Source of the DNA: Chiloscyllium plagiosum
Taxonomy: Eukaryota
Assembly: GCF_004010195.1 (NCBI RefSeq)
Contig: NC_057719.1
Span: 30,189,853-30,253,852, forward strand
DNA: 64,000 nucleotides
Direction of reading: 5' to 3'
Shown here one piece after another: positions 12,930-25,837 of the stretch; position 1 is the first letter of the stretch; every line of letters starts with the position of its first letter. The translations under genes and the position numbers were made by a program. The notes under the pieces are model-generated. The model did not search any database. It saw nothing but the letters and a program-made list of their open reading frames with translations, and was not told the DNA's origin.

Positions 12930-14696
12930 TGAAATGAACACATGAACATTTTACAACAATAGTATTGTTTATTTAATTAATTTTGGTTGCTGAAGAAAGG
13001 TTTGCTGAGCAGGTGTGGTATGTTCTTCACTAAAATCTATGATCATTTAAAGTTCAGCCGTGCATGTTTTACATTTGAAGTTGTTCAAGGTTTAATTAAA
13101 TTGTAAGGTCTGGTCTTAAAAACAAAATCAAATTAGTTATTAGAAATATATTAATGTATCCACTTTTATGAATATTTGAACTGAATTATAATCAAATTTG
13201 ATATGAATTAAAACTGACGCTATTTTTTCTGTACTTCAATATATACGAGGTTTATAAAATATTGAATGAAGGTTATTACTGAAAAGGATTTAACATAACT
13301 TTGTCATCCTGCCTTGGGTAAAGTGAACAATGATAAAGTGCTAAACTACTAAAATGGTTATGGTATCATGAGACATAATATTAAGAAATAGGTGAAACAT
13401 TATTTATTTTTACTCAAAAAGATTAGAGGACTGTAGATAGAATGGGAGAGGACAAAATAAGCATTCTGGCTGGTCTCAAACTTTAACACAGCACTTTCTT
13501 GTGTTGTATCTCAATGGGGAAAAAAAAATCAAAGAATTTAATTCCTTGAAGAGAAAAAAATGCTAAACAGATTATTTAAGTTTTTTAAAAACTTTTTAAA
13601 ATTAAAAAATATTTACCAGCATTGGAAACAGCTGGTCTCCTATAAAAGCATTGTGATGGTGAAGAACATTCTGGGGTGACTGTAGAAAATTGAGGGCTGT
13701 GACCTCAAACCAACCTGAGATCTGTACATGCTACAGGAGACGTGCTTATGACTTTGAAGCAAATAACTTTTTCCAGCTCTCAACAGTCATCTCCAGCTAC
13801 TCCTGTTAAATATCTGACAGATGTATTTTGACTCTGGAAATTCCACATAAGTCCCAGACTGGTCCAACGTCCTGAATCAGCTGAAATTTATGGAGCCAGG
13901 TTTTAAAACGGAAACACTCCCTTATGTAGCCACTATCTTCTAAACAGAAATAAATTTACTTAAACATAGCTTTAAAGAAAAGTTTTAAGACATCAACAAA
14001 TTTGACCATGTTAAATTTGGACCCCATTGATTTGTCTGTACTGGGTTTAAAATTGTTATTAACATTGCTATGCGATTTCACATACTGGAAAATTATATCC
14101 TGCAAAAAAGTCAAATGAAAAATAGATGAAAAGGTTGAAAAGCAAGTATAATTTGGGGAATTTACATCTCAAAAGGTGTGTTGCATTCAGGATCCATCTC
14201 TGCCTCTTCTGAAGTCCCCACCATCACAGAAGCCAGACTTTAGCAAATCGATTTGCCCCGTATATATAAAGAAATGTAGCTGAGCTCATTGCATCCGGCA
14301 AAAGCTCGTGGCCACAAGCACACACTGGTCTCTAAAACCATTTAGCCAATCATCTCAGCCTCAGCACTTTGCAGAAATTCCTTGTGCAAGCCTAAGGAAT
14401 TTTCAGCTACTTCACAATCATCTTTGTGATTCACTCAATAAATAGCTGAAAGTACAGAATAGTCAAAGACTATGGTCCCTGATATCCTGTCTGTAGTAAT
14501 TGATTTCCATTACCAGCAACAACCCTAGCCAAGCTGTCTCAGTACAGCAGCAATATTAGGCCCAGTACTCAAAGTAAGAGAAAAATAATGCAGCCAATTA
14601 ATGCCCCATTAGTCTACACTCAAAGATTGACAAAGTGATGAAGGATTTGTTGATAGCGCTATCAAGTGGCACTTATCAGGATCCTTCTCAGTGGTA

Positions 14697-14997
14697 CAGG
14701 TAGACAACCCTTTATCTGAAATCCCGAAATCCGAAAAGCTCCAAAATCTGAAGGTTTCTTCGTGAATTTTTTAATCTCATTAACAAGGTTGTTTGGTGTG
14801 CAAACAGTTAACCCAACTCCACACCCACTTGATGCGTGTATCTCAGATGTGACGTGGGTGGGCGTGGCCCAACACTGGCTGGCCTCAATTTTGTCTCAGG
14901 GCCTGTAGTACCCAGTGACTTATTCCGAAATTCAAAATATTCCAAATTCTGAAAACCAGTTGGTCCTGAGCATTTCAGATAAAGGATTGTGTACCTG
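14697..14997. mobile_element. Tc1/mariner (Tigger-like) MITE, 301 bp
   Basis: TA on both sides; 26-bp TIRs CAGGTAGACAACCCTTTATCTGAAAT vs reverse complement CAGGTACACAATCCTTTATCTGAAAT (2 mismatches); subterminal TCCGAAA-type repeats. Confidence 0.88.
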
Positions 14998-15070
14998 TAC
15001 CTGGCCTCAGACCTCAGTAAATGTAAGCTGAAGTGAGTATGTCTGTTCTTGACATCAAGACTATAGTGAT

Positions 15071-15275
15071 TGTAACACTGTCAGCCAGCTGGGCTCATAG
15101 GATATGAGTTCACTCATTGGGGCTGTTAATCCCATTCAATCAGGATGCCCTGGCTGACAGGTAACAAAAGGAATGTCAGGGGTTCTGACACTGAGTACTG
15201 ACTCTAACATAGTTGTGCCAGTGTAAGTAAAGGATGATTTGGTGACAGGATACCTACCTCTGTGGAGTTATTTCA
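15071..15275 (+). mobile_element. Probable short solo LTR
   Basis: TGTAACA...TTATTTCA (TG...CA) ends, AGTAAA near the 3' end; interrupts the host LINE; TSD not clear. Confidence 0.5.
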
Positions 15276-16333
15276 AAGAGCACAGTTGATGGAGCATGGC
15301 AGCATGAAATCCTCACAAATTGAAGCCAATGGAAATCAGGGGAAACTCTCCACTCATTGGAATCATGCCAAGCATAAATAAAGATAGTGATTGGTGTTGA
15401 AGGCCAATTGTCTCAGCCTTACAAGATAGCTGCAGGTGTTACATAGGGTTCTGCTTCCCAAATGGTGTACCATGGCACTACAGTGTGCTGCAGAAATATA
15501 TTGGGTTTGTCGTAGAATTTTTTGCAATTGTTCAATTATTTTTATTTGGAAATGTAAATTACCTATTTTGAAAGATTGGATTTTGATTTATTTTCTCTTT
15601 ATACTGTATTACAGTACTTTCTGGCTATCCTCATCAGTAGGTACAATTATGCCTGCCAGATGTACTCATTTACATAACAGCACTGGTTTCTGGATGATCT
15701 AGTGCCGAGCTGTAAGTGTGGAAATGGTAACAATCATGAAACTGCTTACTATGTCAATACAATATTATCATCAACCAATCAAATGTGATAATTTTTGGTG
15801 TTTTCATGTGGATTTGCAATTTTGGTTCCCATAACCAGAAATTCAAATATTGAAGCAAGCTTCTAGCTTGAACCTAGGTGAAAGGTTACTCTTACTTGTG
15901 GAGCAACATTTGAGCTTCCTTCAAGATAACTCCAACAATTATTTCATGTCATCTGCATCAGAGCAGTTTGTTTTGATTTGAAAGCGATTTGAAGCATCTT
16001 TAGAAGAATCAGCTATGAGCTTTACTTGAAAGGAAGAGGTTGGATTCCCGGTTCTAAGGAGTGATTGCACCCTGAAGTTCAATTTTGTCCACGGGTGAAA
16101 AATGAATATCCCTTGATCTCCAATCAAGCATTGAAATCTTGAAAGTGTGCCGCAATCTGAAAAGGTTTGGGAAGCATCAATGACCTACTCTGCACCAGGT
16201 CAAAAGTGAAGATGTTCATTTCTTATAGCATAGTGTTCAGTGCCATTCACAGTTTCTTAAGCACTAAAGCAGTATGTGAAGCACTGAAGCAGAATGTAAC
16301 TAAACCTGGACAATTGGGTTTTTAAAAACTTTT

Positions 16334-16800
16334 TTTCACAGGAAGTAGACACCACAAGGAAGACCAGCATTTGTTGCCCCAATTGCTCTGGCAAAGATGT
16401 TGGGGATCTGCCTCTTGGACCGTTGCAGTTCATTTGATGCATGTTGTTGGAGAGGGAGTTCCACCGTAATAACACTGAATGAAAAGTGACATACGTCTAA
16501 GTCAGGATGATGTGTGACTTGGAGGAAACTTTGCAAATGGTGGTGTTCTCATGAATCTGCTGCAGTTGGTAGCATTCCCATGCTTCTGTATCCCTTGTCT
16601 TTCTTGGTGATAGTGGTCACTGGTTTAGAAAATGCTATAGGAGAAATCATTGTCAGTTGCTGTGATGCATAATGGAAATAGTGCATTCTGCTGCCACTGT
16701 GATTCATTGGTGGTGAATGTGAATGTTTAGATTGGAGGATGGAGTGTCGATCAAACTGGCTGCTTTGTCTTGATGATATTTGAGCCACTTGAAGCAATGG
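16334..16800 (-). mobile_element. 3' fragment of the second LINE family
   Basis: Similar to 48874-49350 (CCAGCATTT(A/G)TTGCC, TGACTTGGAGG, TGGTGGTGTT). Confidence 0.6.
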
Positions 16801-17029
16801 AATAGTCAGTGGGATAAATGGCACATGGTCACTGCTGTCTGCAGGCAGTAAAGACCAGAAGAGACAGAGTAGCACAAGAATGTCAGGTGCATTAAGATCA
16901 ATAAATTCATTTTCTCCTAATGTTATTTTAATAGAAAATATTCATGGAATGTTAACATTGATATCAAGAACTGTATTTGTTGCCCATTCCTAATTCAATT
17001 TGGAGAATGTGGCAATGAACTGCTGCCTT

Positions 17030-20000
17030 ATCCATAAGACCATAAAATGTAGGAGCAGAAATAAGGTCATTCATCCCATCAAGTCTTCTCTGCTATTCAA
17101 TCATGGCTGATTAAATTGCTCAACACCATTCATTCTTTCTCCCCATAGCCCTTGATCTCCTTGACATTCAAGAACTTATCTATCTCTGTCTTAATTATAC
17201 TCAGTGTCCTGGCCTGCACAGCCTTCTGTGGTAATGAATTTTGTAGATTCACCACACTCTGGCTGAAGACATTTCTCCTTATCTTTGTCTAAGGCTGTGC
17301 CCTCGCATCCTAGTTTCTTCAACCAATGGAAACATCTTCCCAACATCTAATCTCTCAAGGCTATTCAGTATTTTGTAAGTTTCAATTAGATACTCCCCTC
17401 ATCCTTCTAACTCCATTGAGTATAGACCCAAAGTCCTCAAACGTTCCTCATATGTTAAGCCTTTCATTCCTGGGATCATTCTCATGAATCTCCTCTGGAC
17501 CAGTGTTAGGTCCAGTACATCCTTCCAGAGGTATGAGGCCCAAAATTCTCTCAGCACTCTAAGCCAAAGCTTTACAAAGCCTCAGAAATGCTTCCCTGAT
17601 TTTATATTCTAATTCTCTCAACTTAAGTGCCAATATAGTATTTGTCTTCCTAACTACTGCAAGATTACCTTAAGAGAATCCTGGACTAGAATTCCCAAAT
17701 CTCTTTGCACTTCAGATTTCTGAATTGTCTCCCCATTTAGAAAATACTCCATGCCTCTATTCTTCCTACCGAAGTGCATGACCTCACACTTTCCCACATT
17801 GTATTCCATCTGCTACTCCTTTGCCCACTCTCCTAATCTGTCTAAATCCTTTTGCAGCCACCCCACCTCCACAATACAACCTGCCCCTCCACCTATCTTT
17901 GTATCATCTGAAAACTTAGCCAGAATGCCCTCAGTCCCTTCATCTAGAACATGATCGTATAAAGTGAAAAATTGTGGTCCCAACATTGACTCTTGTGGAA
18001 CACCACTAATCAGCACCTGCCATCCTGAGGAAGACCCTTTTATCCCCAATAGCTGCTTTCTACCAAACAGCCAATCTTCTATTTATGTTAGTACCTGGCT
18101 TTTAACATGATGGGCCCTTATCTTACTCAGCAGTCTCCTGTGCGGCACCTTTTCAAAGGTCTTCTAGAAGTCCAGGTAAATAACATCCATTGGGTTTCCT
18201 TGGTCTAACCTGTTATCTCCTCACAGAATTCTAGCAGTTTTGTCAGGCATGACCTCCCCTTGATGAAACCATACTGACTTCACCCTATTTTACTATGCAC
18301 TTCCGAGTATTCAGAAATCTCATCCTTCACAATGGACTCCAAAATCTTATGAATGACAAAGGTCAGGCTTAATCGGCCTGTATATTTTTGCCTTACTCCC
18401 TCCTTAAACAGGAACATTAATTAGTGATTTTTCCAGTCCTCTGGGACTCTCCCTGACTCCAGTGATTCCTGAAAGATCATCACTAATGCCTCCAATATCT
18501 CTTCAGCTATCTCCTTCAGAACTCTAGGGTGTAGCCCATCTGGTCCAGGTGATTCATCCACCTTTAGCCCTTACAGGTTTTTTTTGCACCTTCTCCTTGG
18601 TGATGGCTATCATGCTCACCTTGCCCCCTGACTCTCTCTTGAACTTTTGGGACATTACTTGTGTCTTCTACTATGAAGACTGATGCAAAGTACTTATTCA
18701 GTCCTCAGACATTTCTTTGTTCCCACGACTACTATGCCAGCATCATTTTCCAGCGATCCATGTCCACTTTTGTGTCTCTTTTGCCTTTATATATCTAAAG
18801 AAAATCTTGCAATCTTATTTTATATTACTGACTAGCTTACCGTCCTATTTAATCTTCTCCCTCCTTATTTCTTTTTTTCGTTGTCCTCTGTTGGTCTTTG
18901 TGGGTTTCCCACTGCTCTTTGCTGCATTCTATGCTTTCTCTTTTGCTTTTATGCCATCCCTGAGTTGCCTTGTCAGCCATGGTTGTCTCATCCTCCCTTT
19001 AGTAGCTTCTTTTTTCGAGGGATGACTTTTTGCTGACTACCAAATTACTCTCAGAAACTTGAGACAATTCTAAGATTTAAGGTATACATGCATTTGGAAA
19101 GACCGGGTTTGATTAGGAGCAGTCAGCATGGCTTTGTGCATGTGAGATCATGCCTCACAACCTTGTTAGAGTTCTTTGATGAAGTGACCAGGAAGGTTGA
19201 TGAGGGCAGGGTGATAGACATATTCCATGTGGATTTCACGAAGGCCTTTGATAATGTTCCACATGGTAGGCTGCTCTGGAAGGTTAGATCACATGGAATC
19301 CAGGTGGAGCTGGTGAATTGGATATACAATTGGTTTGATTGTGGGGAGCAGAGGGTACTAGTGGAACAATACTTGTTGGACTGGAGGCCTGAGACTAGTG
19401 GAGTGCCTCAGTAGTCAGTGCTGGGCCAAATACTGTTTGTTATCTATATCGATATTTAGGAAGAGAATGTACAAGGCATGATTAGTAAGTTTGCAGATGA
19501 CCCTAAAATAGGTAGTATCATGGACAGTGAGGAAGGTTATCAGAAACTGCAGCAGAACCTTGTTCAGTTGGGGAAATGGGCCGAGAAATGACAAATGGAG
19601 TTTAATATAGATAATTATGAGGTGTTGCATTTTGAAAAGTCACATTAAGGTAAGAGTTTTATGGTGAATGGTAGGGCCTTAAGGAATGTACTGTAATTTA
19701 GGGATCTTGGAGTTCAGGTGCACAATCCTCTGAAAATGGAGTCATAAGTAGACAGGGCAGTGAAGAAGGCTTTTGGCACACTGGACTGCATCAGTTAGGG
19801 CATTGAGTATTGAAGTTGGGAAGTTATGTTGCAGTTGTACAGGATGATGGTGAAGCTGCACTTGGAGTATTGTGTTCAGTTTCGGTCACCTTAATATAGG
19901 AAGGATGTTATTAAACTGGAAAGAGTGCAAAAGAAATATACAAGGATGTTCCCAGAGCTCAATGTTCTAACTTACAGAGAGAGGTTAGACAAGCTAGGAC

Positions 20001-21450
20001 TTTTTTCTTCAAAGCATAGGAGACTAAGGGGAGATGTTACAGAAATGTATAAGATTATGAGAGGTATGGATAGGGTGAATGCACTCAGTCTTTTTCTCAG
20101 GGTTGGGGAATTGTGAACTAGAGCATCAGATTAAGGTTAGAGGGGCAAAAATAAAAGGAAATCTGAGGGGCAATCTTTTAAACATATGGAATGACCTGCC
20201 AACAGAAGTGGTTGAGGTGAGTACATTAATAATGTTTAAAAGGCATTTGGACAAATACTTGGATAGGATAGGTTCAAAAGGTTCTGGGCCAAATACAGGG
20301 AAATGAGGTTAGTGTGGATGGAATTATTTGGTCAACATCAACCAGTTTGGGCTGAAGGGTTTGTCTCCATACTGTAGGACTCTATGGCTATATGACTCTA
20401 ATTCCCGCCATTGCTGTTCCACTGTCTTTCCTGCTTGGCTTCTCTCCCAGGCAATCTGGTCAGTCCTCCTTCATGCTTCTGTAATTGCCTTTATTCAACT
20501 GTAATAGTGTTACATCCGATTCTACCTTTTCCCTCTCCAATTGCAGTATAAATCCTATCATATTATGGTCACTACCTCCTAAGGTTTCCTTAACCTTATG
20601 CTATCTTACCAAGTCTGCCTCATTGCATAACACTAAATCCAGTATTGCCTGTTCCCTAGTGGGCTTCACCACAAGCTGCTCCAAAAAACCATTTTGTAGA
20701 CATTCCACAAATTCCTTTTCTTGCAATCCACTGCCAAACTGATTTTTCCCAGTCCATCTGCTTATTGAAGTCCCCCATGAACACTGTAACCTTGCCTTTC
20801 TTACACACCTTTTCTATCTCTTAGTGCATCTTGTGCCCCAAAATCCTGACTACTGTTTGGAGACCTGTACATTATTCCCACTATGGATTTTTTGCTTTTG
20901 CGGTTTCTCAACTCAACCCACACAGATTCTACATCATCTGACCAAACATCGTTTCTTATTATTGACTTAATTTCAATTCTTACTAATAAGGCAATCCTAT
21001 CCCCTCCACCCACCTGCCTATCTTTTCGATAGGATGTATATCCTTGGATATTTAGCTCCCAGTCCTGATGCCCTTGCAGCCATGTCTCCGTGATGCCCAC
21101 CACATTATACCTACTAATTTTGACCTGCATCACCAGCTCATTTACCTTATTTCATATACTGCGTGTATTCAGATATAACCACTTCAATCCTATAATGACT
21201 CTCTCTCTTCTCATTGTCATTCATTTATCCAGTGTGCTTAAAAGTTGATTCCTCACCTTTTCCAAACACTGTCCTATTTTGTGTGCTGGAGACTTTAATA
21301 ACCTTTCCTGAGTTCTCCTTTCCTTTCATTTCTTTTTTCATGTATTTTCATGCTGTTGAATCCACCCTGACAGATGTTAACCTGCTTCTTTGTTTCCCAT
21401 TAGCCATTTATACTCCTTGGAGTTTTACTCTTCCCTTCCCCCATCCCCAT
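17030..21450 (-). mobile_element. Long CR1 LINE (endonuclease to 3' UTR), split by a + strand CR1 at 19065-20400
   Basis: APE motif VVGITETWL..RKDR (20801..21133), RT motifs SGVPQESMLGP and KFSDDTKIGG (17813..18049), 3' tail at about 17033. Confidence 0.88.
19065..20400 (+). mobile_element. 5'-truncated CR1 LINE nested in the older CR1
   Basis: SQHGF..SCLT.LLEFF, DFTKAFDNVPH, SGVPQ motifs; TATGACTCTA tail. Confidence 0.9.
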
Positions 21451-21968
21451 TTTCTAGTCCATCTGATATAGGCACAGCCACAGAGCTGTTAGAGTTGCTA
21501 GGTTTTTGACCTGGTGATGAAGGAACAGCAATGTAGTTTGGATCGTTCATGGTTTGGAAGGGAACTTGGTGTTTCTGTGCATTCTTCCAGGTGGTAGAGG
21601 TTGAGTTTGGATGATGCTGATTGTTGCAGTGCATTTGAAGATGGTACACACTGCAGGCACTGAGTACTGGGGTGGAATGAATGTTTAAGGTGGTGGGTAG
21701 GATGTCAATCAAGTGGGTTGCTTTGTACTCGATAGTGTTGAGCTTCTTGAGTATTGGAGCTACATTCATCTAGAGCAAGTGGAGAATCATGGAGGAAAGG
21801 GAGTCACAGGGGAGGAGGCATAGGGGATATTTACTTAAAGGATAGGGTGGTGTCACTTAGTGGGCCCTACTTTCTGATGCCAGATCACTCGATCAGGCAC
21901 TGATGGTCTTTGAACATAGGATTCCCCAGAAGCCTATAGCTACACATGCCAGAGTTTGTTTATCAAGA

Positions 21969-22428
21969 GGAAGTGAGGACTGCAGATGCTGGAGATCAGA
22001 GCTGAAAAATGTGTTGCTAGAAAAGCACAGCAGGTCAGGCAGCATCCAAGGAGCAGGAGAATCGACGTTTCGGGCATAAGTCCTCCTTCATGGCAGTGGA
22101 TTGCAAGAAAAGGAATTTGTGGAATGTCTACAAAATGGTTTTTTGGAGCAGCTTGTGGTGAAGCCCGCTAGGGAACAGGCAATACTGGATTTAGTGTTAT
22201 GCAATGAGGCAGACTTGGTAAGGTAGCTTAAGGTTAAGGAAACCTTAGGAGGTAGTGACCATAATATGATAGTATTTATACTGCAATTGGAGAGGGAAAA
22301 GGTAGAATCGGATGTAACACTATTACAGTTGAATAAAGGCAACTACAGAAGCATGAAGAAGGACTTATGCCCGAAATGTCGATTTTCCTGCTCCTTGGAT
22401 GCTGCCTGACCTGCTGCGCTTTTTCAGC
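21969..22428. mobile_element. Inverted Penelope-like pLTR pair enclosing a 275-bp captured CR1 segment
   Basis: 14-bp TSD TTTGTTTATCAAGA at 21955-21968 and 22429-22442; 22091-22365 is the reverse complement of 20462-20736. Confidence 0.88.
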
Positions 22429-22544
22429 TTTGTTTATCAAGATCCTGCCAAACATTGGGAATGTTTAATCGGAGCCTGTTTAATCCTCTTGACAGTGGCT
22501 TAGTCAGCATGAAGGTGGAAAGGACAAGATTCTGCCCATTAACA

Positions 22545-23760
22545 TAGTAGACATTTGACCTTGAAGCGTACTCTGCCATTCAATATGATCGTTCCAGATC
22601 ATTGAGTTCAATACCCCTAATCCAGCCCTCCTCCCATATCCTCTGATCCCCTTAATCAAGGGCTTTATCTATGTCCTTGTTGAAAACAATGTTTTGTCTT
22701 CAACCACTTTCTGTGGTAGTGAATTCCACAGGAACACTACTATCTGGGTGAAGAAATTACCGACCCCACCCCCCTTAATCGGTTGTAAAGGGTTTATCTC
22801 TTTATTATTAAAGTATAATCTCTGGTTCTGAACACCATCACTGGGAACATCCTTCCTACATCTAACTTGTCTAGTCCTGGTAAAATTTGAAGTTTCTGAG
22901 ACATCCTACCCTCCCATTCTTTTAATTTCCAATGAATACAATCTTAACCAAACTCAATCTCTCCTCATATCAGTCTTGCTATCCCACAAATCAGTCTGAT
23001 AAGCCTTCACTGTAGTTCCTCAACAACAAGAACATTAGTGAGTGGCATGGTGGCACAGTGGTTAGCACTGTTGCCTCACAGCGCCAGAGACGTGGGTTCA
23101 ATTCCCGCCTCAGGCAACAGTCTGTATGGAGTTTGCGCGTTCTCGCTGTGTCTATGTGGGTTTCCTCCGGGTGCTCCGGTTTCCTCCCACAGTCCAAACA
23201 TGTGCAGGTCAGGTGAATTGGCCATGCTAAATTGTCCGTAGTGTTAGGTGAAGGGGTAAATGTAGGGGAATGGGTCTGGGTGGGTTGCTTTTCGGAGTGT
23301 CGGTGTGGACTTGTTGGGCCAGAAGGGCCTGTTTCCACGCTAAGTAATCTAATGTAATCTTTCCTCGGACGAGGGGAACAAACTGCACTCAATATTCCAA
23401 GTGTACCCTCACCAATGCCCTGTATAATTTCAGCAAGACATCCTTGTTCCTCTATTCAAATCCTCTTGATATGAAGGCCTACATACAATTTGTTTGCTTT
23501 GCTGCCCGCTATGTACTTGTTTGCTTACTTGCATTGATTGGTGCACAAGGACACCCAGGTCTTGTTAAACATTCCCCTCTCTCAATTTACAGCCATTCAA
23601 ATAATAATCTACCTTCCTACTTTTGCTATCAAAGTGGTTAACCTCACATTTATGCACAAATTACTGTATCTGCCATTCATTTGCCCACTCACTCAGACTG
23701 TCCAAATCATACTGCAACATCTTGGTATCTTCTCACAATTCACCATTCCACCTCGTCATG
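22545..23760 (-). mobile_element. Decayed CR1 3' fragment, interrupted by an HE1 SINE
   Basis: Similar to 17030-17900; resumes after 23360. Confidence 0.7.
23041..23360 (+). mobile_element. HE1-type tRNA-derived V-SINE, full length
   Basis: A box TGGCACAGTGG (23051-23061), B box GGTTCAATTCC (23095-23105), V-domain GGGTTTCCTCCGGGTGCTCCGGTTTCCTCCCACAGTCCAAA, CR1-like tail and (TAATC)n end. Confidence 0.9.
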
Positions 23761-23792
23761 ATGAGATTTGGTTGCATCTGATTGTCAAACTA

Positions 23793-24000
23793 TAGTCGTT
23801 CCTGCTATAACGCGGTAGTTCCATTTTTGTGCAATCCAGTGTTATAAAAAAATCTTGTAAAAGCAGCATCATTTAAACAAATGGGGTTATAACCAATACA
23901 CGCTTCAAAAGTTTGCACTTTAGAAACAGTGTCCCCAATTTATCAATTGTGTTATAGCGAATTTGTGTTAATGATATGCGTATTATAGCAGAACAACTTG
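23793..24000. mobile_element. Tc1/mariner (Tigger-like) MITE, about 208 bp
   Basis: TA flanks; imperfect TIRs TAGTCGTTCCTGCTATAACGCG ... CGTATTATAGCAGAACAACTTG. Confidence 0.7.
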
Positions 24001-24069
24001 TAAATAGGGGATGTGGGGAAATGTGCCATTTCATTTATGAAGGAGAATTTATTTCATTCTTACAAGGAA

Positions 24070-24363
24070 TACGGAAATTACTGCTAGGTCAGCATTTATT
24101 GTCTATCCCTAATTGTCCAGAGGGTATTTAAGAGTCAATCATGTTTCTGCAAAGTCACATTAAGGCAAACCAGATAAGGGTAATAGATTTCCTTTCTTTT
24201 TTTTAAAAGGACAGAACCAAATGGGTTATTTTATGGCAATTGTGCCAGATTTTTATTGAAATCAGATTTCACTACCTCTCTGGTAAGATTCGAATTCGCA
24301 CCCTCGGAACATTATGGTTTTGGTTTACTAATCCAGTGTTGTTAACGCTACGCCACTGTCTCC
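24070..24363 (-). mobile_element. tRNA-headed SINE related to the second LINE family
   Basis: Minus strand starts GGAGACAGTGGCGTAGCG (A-box-like) and has GAATTCGAATC (B-box-like); body and tail resemble both ends of the LINE at 48874-53080. Confidence 0.6.
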
Positions 24364-24863
24364 TTCATTTAAGCATTTAGATTGGTTGTACGAACAGTCC
24401 CGGATGGCATTATTTCTTTATATAAAAATATTCCTTTATGTGACCTTTATGTATCACTATATTTTGCATTTCTCTGAATAAAAGATCTTCTTTAAGCATG
24501 ATCTCATCAAGTAATTGCACATGATTTAAGATGAACTCAGTAGCAGAGTGACCACTTTGAGGTATGTTGCTACACTACATGCTTTTTCCTCAGCTATTAT
24601 TTTTGTCTATTCATTTAGATGATGGTCTTTATAAAGAGAAATTATTTCTTAAAAGCAAAACCTGTGTTTTATTCATTGGCATGTGTGAAATAGCATGCTT
24701 AGTTCTAACAATTCACCTATTGTAATGTATAGCTTTCAGAGTATATGGGCCCAATCAGGATGTTTGCTCACCAGTAGTTAAGCTGGAAAATATTGCAAGC
24801 TTGCGCAAGTTAAAACAAATTTTTCTTTTACCATTACAATAAAACATAAAATTAAGGACAGCC

Positions 24864-24899
24864 TGTCCTGATGAAGGGCTTTTGCCCGAAACGTCGATT
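24864..24899 (+). ncRNA. Minimal type I hammerhead ribozyme motif, intact core
   Basis: TGTC-CTGATGA-A-GGGC-TTTT-GCCC-GAAA-CG-TC-GATT: all conserved core nucleotides, 4-bp stem II, palindromic ACGT in place of helix III, short stem I (C-G, U-A, G-U). Activity untested. Confidence 0.72.
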
Positions 24900-24995
24900 T
24901 TTGCCTGTCCTCGGATGCTACCTGAATTGCTGTGCTGTTCCAGCACCACTGATCCAGAATCTGGTTTCCAGCATCTGCAGTCATTGTTTTTACCC
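24864..24995 (+). mobile_element. Penelope-like pLTR fragment (second subfamily)
   Basis: Same repeat as the other PLE copies with a variant 3' end (CCAGCATCTGCAGTCATTGTTTTTACC). Confidence 0.8.
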
Positions 24996-25837
24996 TGCAA
25001 TTCCATGTTACAACTCTACTGACAACATCTAAAAATGATTTAAAAAGTAGACAAATAGAAGAAAAATACTTAGGGAATGTCTCTAAGCCCTTCTTTGGCT
25101 TCTTGACTAGTTTCAATCACCTTTCTGGCCCTGGCTAATGTTTAAATCATAACGACATGAAGGCAAGAAGTAAAAATAAAAATCAGGAAAGGCAATCCGT
25201 CCATTTTATCCTCTAGAAGATGGTACTGGAAATGGATTATGTGAGACGCAAGCCCCTTTGTTTCCCTCCATGCCCACTTTCCCCTGAAGTAGATTGATGA
25301 GAATCGCATTGGTGAGCACTTGACGTTTCCAGTTATCCAATAAGGAATCTGTGTTGATGGCAGTGGTTCAGTGGAGCTTTGCAGAATACGTCCTCCATAT
25401 GCCACAAACTTTTTTTGAGGAATTTGTCAGCTTGATTATAAACATGTTTTATAATATTGAGGAGTTACTTAAATGCATGCCGTGGTTTCCTTTCTAATAC
25501 AAAACTGTCTGAAACACTTTCTCATTACAGCATCTCACATCTGTATTTCTGTTACTTAATTATTGAAATTGTGTATGCTTGTAATTTTAACTGTAACTGC
25601 TTTTGCAATTTTTTTAATGTCCATTCTTCTGGACAGTGAAATATTGAACGTATTTTAACTTAGAACTCTGTTCTTGGAGCACTTTTGTGATAAGCAGTTG
25701 AAAGCAAGATTAGAATTGTGAAAGAGGATAGACAATGTGCGTGACTGTAAAGATGTGGGAGTTATTTATTTCTGTTTGTGCAAACATTCTATAGACCTCT
25801 AGCACAAACATTACTATAGCTAGGCCAGCTGGCTGAA

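Larger units (their letters stand above)
14190..15440 (+). mobile_element. Decayed LINE of a second CR1/L2-group family, with nested MITE and LTR
   Basis: Similar to the reverse complement of the element at 48874-53080 (CTATGGTCCCTGATA, CCCTAGCCAAGCTG, CTTGACATCAAG segments). Confidence 0.6.

Noticed and set aside
20485..22342. Near-identical ORFs 20485..20742 and 22088..22342 as duplicated small genes
   Set aside because: They are antisense readings of a CR1 endonuclease fragment; the duplication is reported as a templated capture.
23041..23115. tRNA gene
   Set aside because: The A and B boxes belong to the HE1 SINE head; no complete cloverleaf and it continues into the V-domain.
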